Assembly: GCA_963828525.1 (NCBI GenBank)
Contig: CAWHEP010000012.1
Span: forward strand, 1-64,000
DNA: 64,000 nucleotides
Source of the DNA: an uncultured Verrucomicrobiae bacterium
GTDB lineage: Bacteria; Verrucomicrobiota; Verrucomicrobiia; Chthoniobacterales; Chthoniobacteraceae
Direction: 5' to 3'
In this document: piece after piece, positions 62,101 to 64,000 of the stretch
Position numbering within the stretch: position 1 is the first letter of the stretch
Layout of the letters: each line of letters begins with the position of its first letter
Position numbers and translations under genes: made by a program
Notes under the pieces: model-generated
What the model was told of the DNA's origin: nothing
Database searches by the model: none
The model's input: the letters and a program-made list of their open reading frames with translations, nothing else

Positions 62101-63765
62101 GACGGCGGATCCTGGAAATATGACTACGATACGCTTGGGCAGGTGACAGGCGGGAGTCGGCGACTAAGCGACGGAACGCGGCTGGAGGGGGAACAGTTCG
62201 GCTACACTTTCGACGGCATTGGTAACAGGCTCCAGACGACCACAAACGGCCGCGTGTCGACCTACACACCGAACGCGCTTAATCAATACACTCAGCGGAC
62301 AGTGCCAGGAGCGGCGGACATCCTGGGAACCGCCTCGCCGGCGGCTACCGTGACGGTTAACAAGCAACCAGTAGCGCGCCAGGGAGGATACTGGCACTTT
62401 CAGTTAACCGCCGACAACACAGCGGGGCCGATTCTGGCCCCGGTGGATATTGTCGCGGCCGTAACCAGTGGCAGCGCCAACACCGTCACTGAAACTCTCG
62501 GCCATAGCTACGTGGCCCAAACGCCGGAGGTTTTCCAATACGATCTCGACGGCAATCTGACGCAGGACGGCCGGTGGAATTACACTTGGGACGGTGAGAA
62601 TCGGCTGATCGAGATGTCGCCCATCGCGGGTGTTCCCGCTGGCGGAAGGAAGCAGCTCGCCTTTGCCTACGATTACCAGAGTCGGCGCATCAGCAAGAGC
62701 GTTTCGGTGTGGAATGCAGCATCTGGAACTTACGACCAGTCAGCCGTGCTTGAATTCGTCTATGACGGTTGGAACTTGGGAGCGGAATTGAGTGGCAGCG
62801 GCAGCCTCGTCCGCAAATACCTGTGGGGCCTTGACCTGAGCGGCACCCCGCAAGGAGCGGGCGGTGTCGGCGGCTTGTTAGCCGAAACAGATGTCGCGGC
62901 CGCGTCTACGGTTTTTCCCGCGTTTGACGGAAGCGGGAATCTTGCTCAGGCAATAAAACAGGACCACGGAACGGTAGCCGCCGACTACGAATTTGGCCCA
63001 TGCGGGGAAATCTTGACGAAAGCCGAAGGCGCGTTCGCTAATCCGATGCGCTTTTCGGGAAAGTACTCCGACGTAGAGGCGGGACTCGTTTACTACGGGT
63101 TTCGCTACCATAGCTCAGCCCTGGGCCGCTGTCTGACCCGAGACCCCATTGCAGAATCAGGTGGCCTTAATATATACACTCTCGATGATAATGATCCCGT
63201 GAATTGGGTAGATATTTGCGGCTTGAGCAAGCTTGATCTCAACTATGAATTGTATTACACCGCAGATGAAATGCAGGACATCGGCGACCGACTGAACGAT
63301 CCCGCCAATTTGATCGCGCAAACAGACCTCGCCGCTCTGATTCGTCAGATGCGTAGAGCTGTCGGCAGATATGATCCGAACGGTAAGTGTGGGAACTGTA
63401 TCCATCAATTGGTTCTGTCAGGCGAAGGAACTAGCGGCGCCGGAGGAGTTATTATCTGGAGCGAAACCACCTTTACCCGGGCAATAGGCGCGGACATGTT
63501 GAGAGCCGCCCAAGTCGAGCCGAAGTACGCTGCATGGCTTGCGCGGTTCGACAATGTGCTAGCTGCGATCCGGCCACTACTCTGTAAGGATGCTACAGTG
63601 TATTTTCTTAATTGCTTTGCTGGTGCTGGCAGAGATGGTGATCGTTTGCTGCACTACCTAGACTTAAGGCTCGGGAATGGCGTGGCTCATTTGCCATTAG
63701 GAAAAGCGAGCTTTTCATTCGGAAACCCAAGTTCGGATGGCGGCTTCAAGTCAACTCCCCGGTGA
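59155..63765 (+). CDS. Rhs/YD-repeat polymorphic toxin, 1536 aa
   Basis: Many YD repeats; Rhs core end YYGFRYHSSALGRCLTRDPIAESGGLNIY..NDPVNWVDICGL; divergent C-terminal tip. Confidence 0.93.
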   Translation: MTSTIRLAARSSGRILRDVASIHRTPQTLLTPSHLATARRFICLAAYAFMLFGARESDAQSSPFVAQAISGSQVSLTWTTSGTASTFSVERRVGLTGAYSVIGTTCVAQYLDHPLAGLGANPLLLSGSTPLSPDESSNRVTVNVYNDAPGASICETTSETLAGALVSRQWFTGRGADNAVTEITARNANAGVSDSTNLVSKTAYVPAGNGDLSGLPQWIVHPDQTMTIYAYNETGGMRTTTVSTGQADTPATPATATIVDGTRVITELDAAGHVLSEETDDIASGLQIETSQATQFDAFARPTRVEYGDGTFELTSYGCCGVSNRTDRLGNTMAWQYDDLKRVINETTNGLSNVYSYDAADQRLTTTRVGTDGKSMLTESDSYDRAGRLIQTVDALGNKTAYGDVLAAGSGHRIRTTTLPDGSARVEESYPDGEVLSVGGSAAHPVSYAYGADADGVYTQEFAGGAGSAQWTKSYKDLAGMPIKTVYADGASAQTVFNNLGQLSKQIDPDGVTTLYQYNGKGEQEYAAVDMEGTGAIDLNGTDRVTHTHRSVASHGGVIVQRTTTSALKTNGAPDETIVSVEDSASGGLKTWSTRFGLVTTSVTAVSGTNRTVTTTNPDGSTAVQTYANGLLSSETRADASGNALGGVTYQYDGFARVAGATDARNGQTVYAYFDNGAVRSVTTPPADGNTAAQTTSYTYDQLGRKASDTLPDGGIVSYHYFPTGELKDTSGARTYSVSYTYDSQGRMKTMLAGSGTTTWNYDPARGWLTGKLYNDGTGPSYTYTPAGRLLTRAWARGITTTYGHDGAGSLTSVTYSDGVTPNVTYSLDRVGRLASVSDAAGTRALSYKDDGQPSTESFTAGMFSGMSITSGYDSLLRRNSFQVQTSGSSMVQQSFGYDAASRMATATEGDHAATYAYVANSGLVGQVTFSHASSAVMTTSKAYDNLNRLTSIANVLASGSTVASTSYTYNAANERTEAKLADGGSWKYDYDTLGQVTGGSRRLSDGTRLEGEQFGYTFDGIGNRLQTTTNGRVSTYTPNALNQYTQRTVPGAADILGTASPAATVTVNKQPVARQGGYWHFQLTADNTAGPILAPVDIVAAVTSGSANTVTETLGHSYVAQTPEVFQYDLDGNLTQDGRWNYTWDGENRLIEMSPIAGVPAGGRKQLAFAYDYQSRRISKSVSVWNAASGTYDQSAVLEFVYDGWNLGAELSGSGSLVRKYLWGLDLSGTPQGAGGVGGLLAETDVAAASTVFPAFDGSGNLAQAIKQDHGTVAADYEFGPCGEILTKAEGAFANPMRFSGKYSDVEAGLVYYGFRYHSSALGRCLTRDPIAESGGLNIYTLDDNDPVNWVDICGLSKLDLNYELYYTADEMQDIGDRLNDPANLIAQTDLAALIRQMRRAVGRYDPNGKCGNCIHQLVLSGEGTSGAGGVIIWSETTFTRAIGADMLRAAQVEPKYAAWLARFDNVLAAIRPLLCKDATVYFLNCFAGAGRDGDRLLHYLDLRLGNGVAHLPLGKASFSFGNPSSDGGFKSTPR

Positions 63766-64000
63766 AAAGCCTTTTAGTTTTAAATATCGTCTGCCTAGGA
63801 TTGCTAAGTTGCAAGCCGTCGGCAAATGTTCAGCCGCCCCCCGTGGTAGCTAAAACCGATTTTACGTTGACGTGCCTAAGACTCGCAGATTTAGAGGCAC
63901 GCTTACGTGACGCCGTTTCAAACGATAAGAATCGTCGCCTGAAAACGGTGACCGACGCGTTGGCTTCCGTGCTTGACACTGGTGACCTGAGAAACCGGCT
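63762..64000 (+). CDS. Putative immunity lipoprotein (partial; not in ORF track)
   Basis: GTG start overlaps the Rhs TGA; MKSLLVLNIVCLGLLSC lipobox; frame stays open to window end. Confidence 0.65.
   Translation, partial: MKSLLVLNIVCLGLLSCKPSANVQPPPVVAKTDFTLTCLRLADLEARLRDAVSNDKNRRLKTVTDALASVLDTGDLRNR

Overview
Bacterial chromosomal window, GC-rich, most consistent with Verrucomicrobiota (Chthoniobacterales/Spartobacteria-like). This is inferred from the VPEP-CTERM protein, mcsA-mcsB-clpC without ctsR, split coaC/coaB and the style of the Rhs protein. The left ~7 kb is a minus-strand defence block: a VapBC-type toxin-antitoxin pair, an unknown secreted protein, then a type III-B CRISPR effector operon (cmr2/cas10-cmr3-cmr4-cmr5-cmr6) that runs off the window edge. 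Cas10 lacks an HD domain but keeps GGDD. No cmr1, cas6, array or second-messenger effector is visible. The middle ~50 kb is mostly housekeeping: mscL, class III FBPase, yicC-gmk-coaC-coaB, suhB-ispF-cysS, carB, pabB, tRNA-Pro, mpl, mtnA, purH, mtnP, rplU-rpmA, ilvE and mcsAB-clpC. It also holds accessory items: an unannotated 35-aa Lys/Ala/Pro-rich peptide gene, a PEP-CTERM phosphoesterase with a Pho-box-like promoter, a pseudokinase, and an MMPL/acyltransferase/LolA cluster. The right end carries an exosortase H-like gene pair divergent from a 1536-aa Rhs polymorphic toxin. The Rhs tip looks like a caspase/DUF4347-type fold with Glu at the catalytic His position, and it is followed by an overlapping lipoprotein immunity candidate. 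Many genes in the left 45 kb, including essential cysS and carB, are split by indels. These are most likely long-read assembly errors, so boundaries there are approximate.
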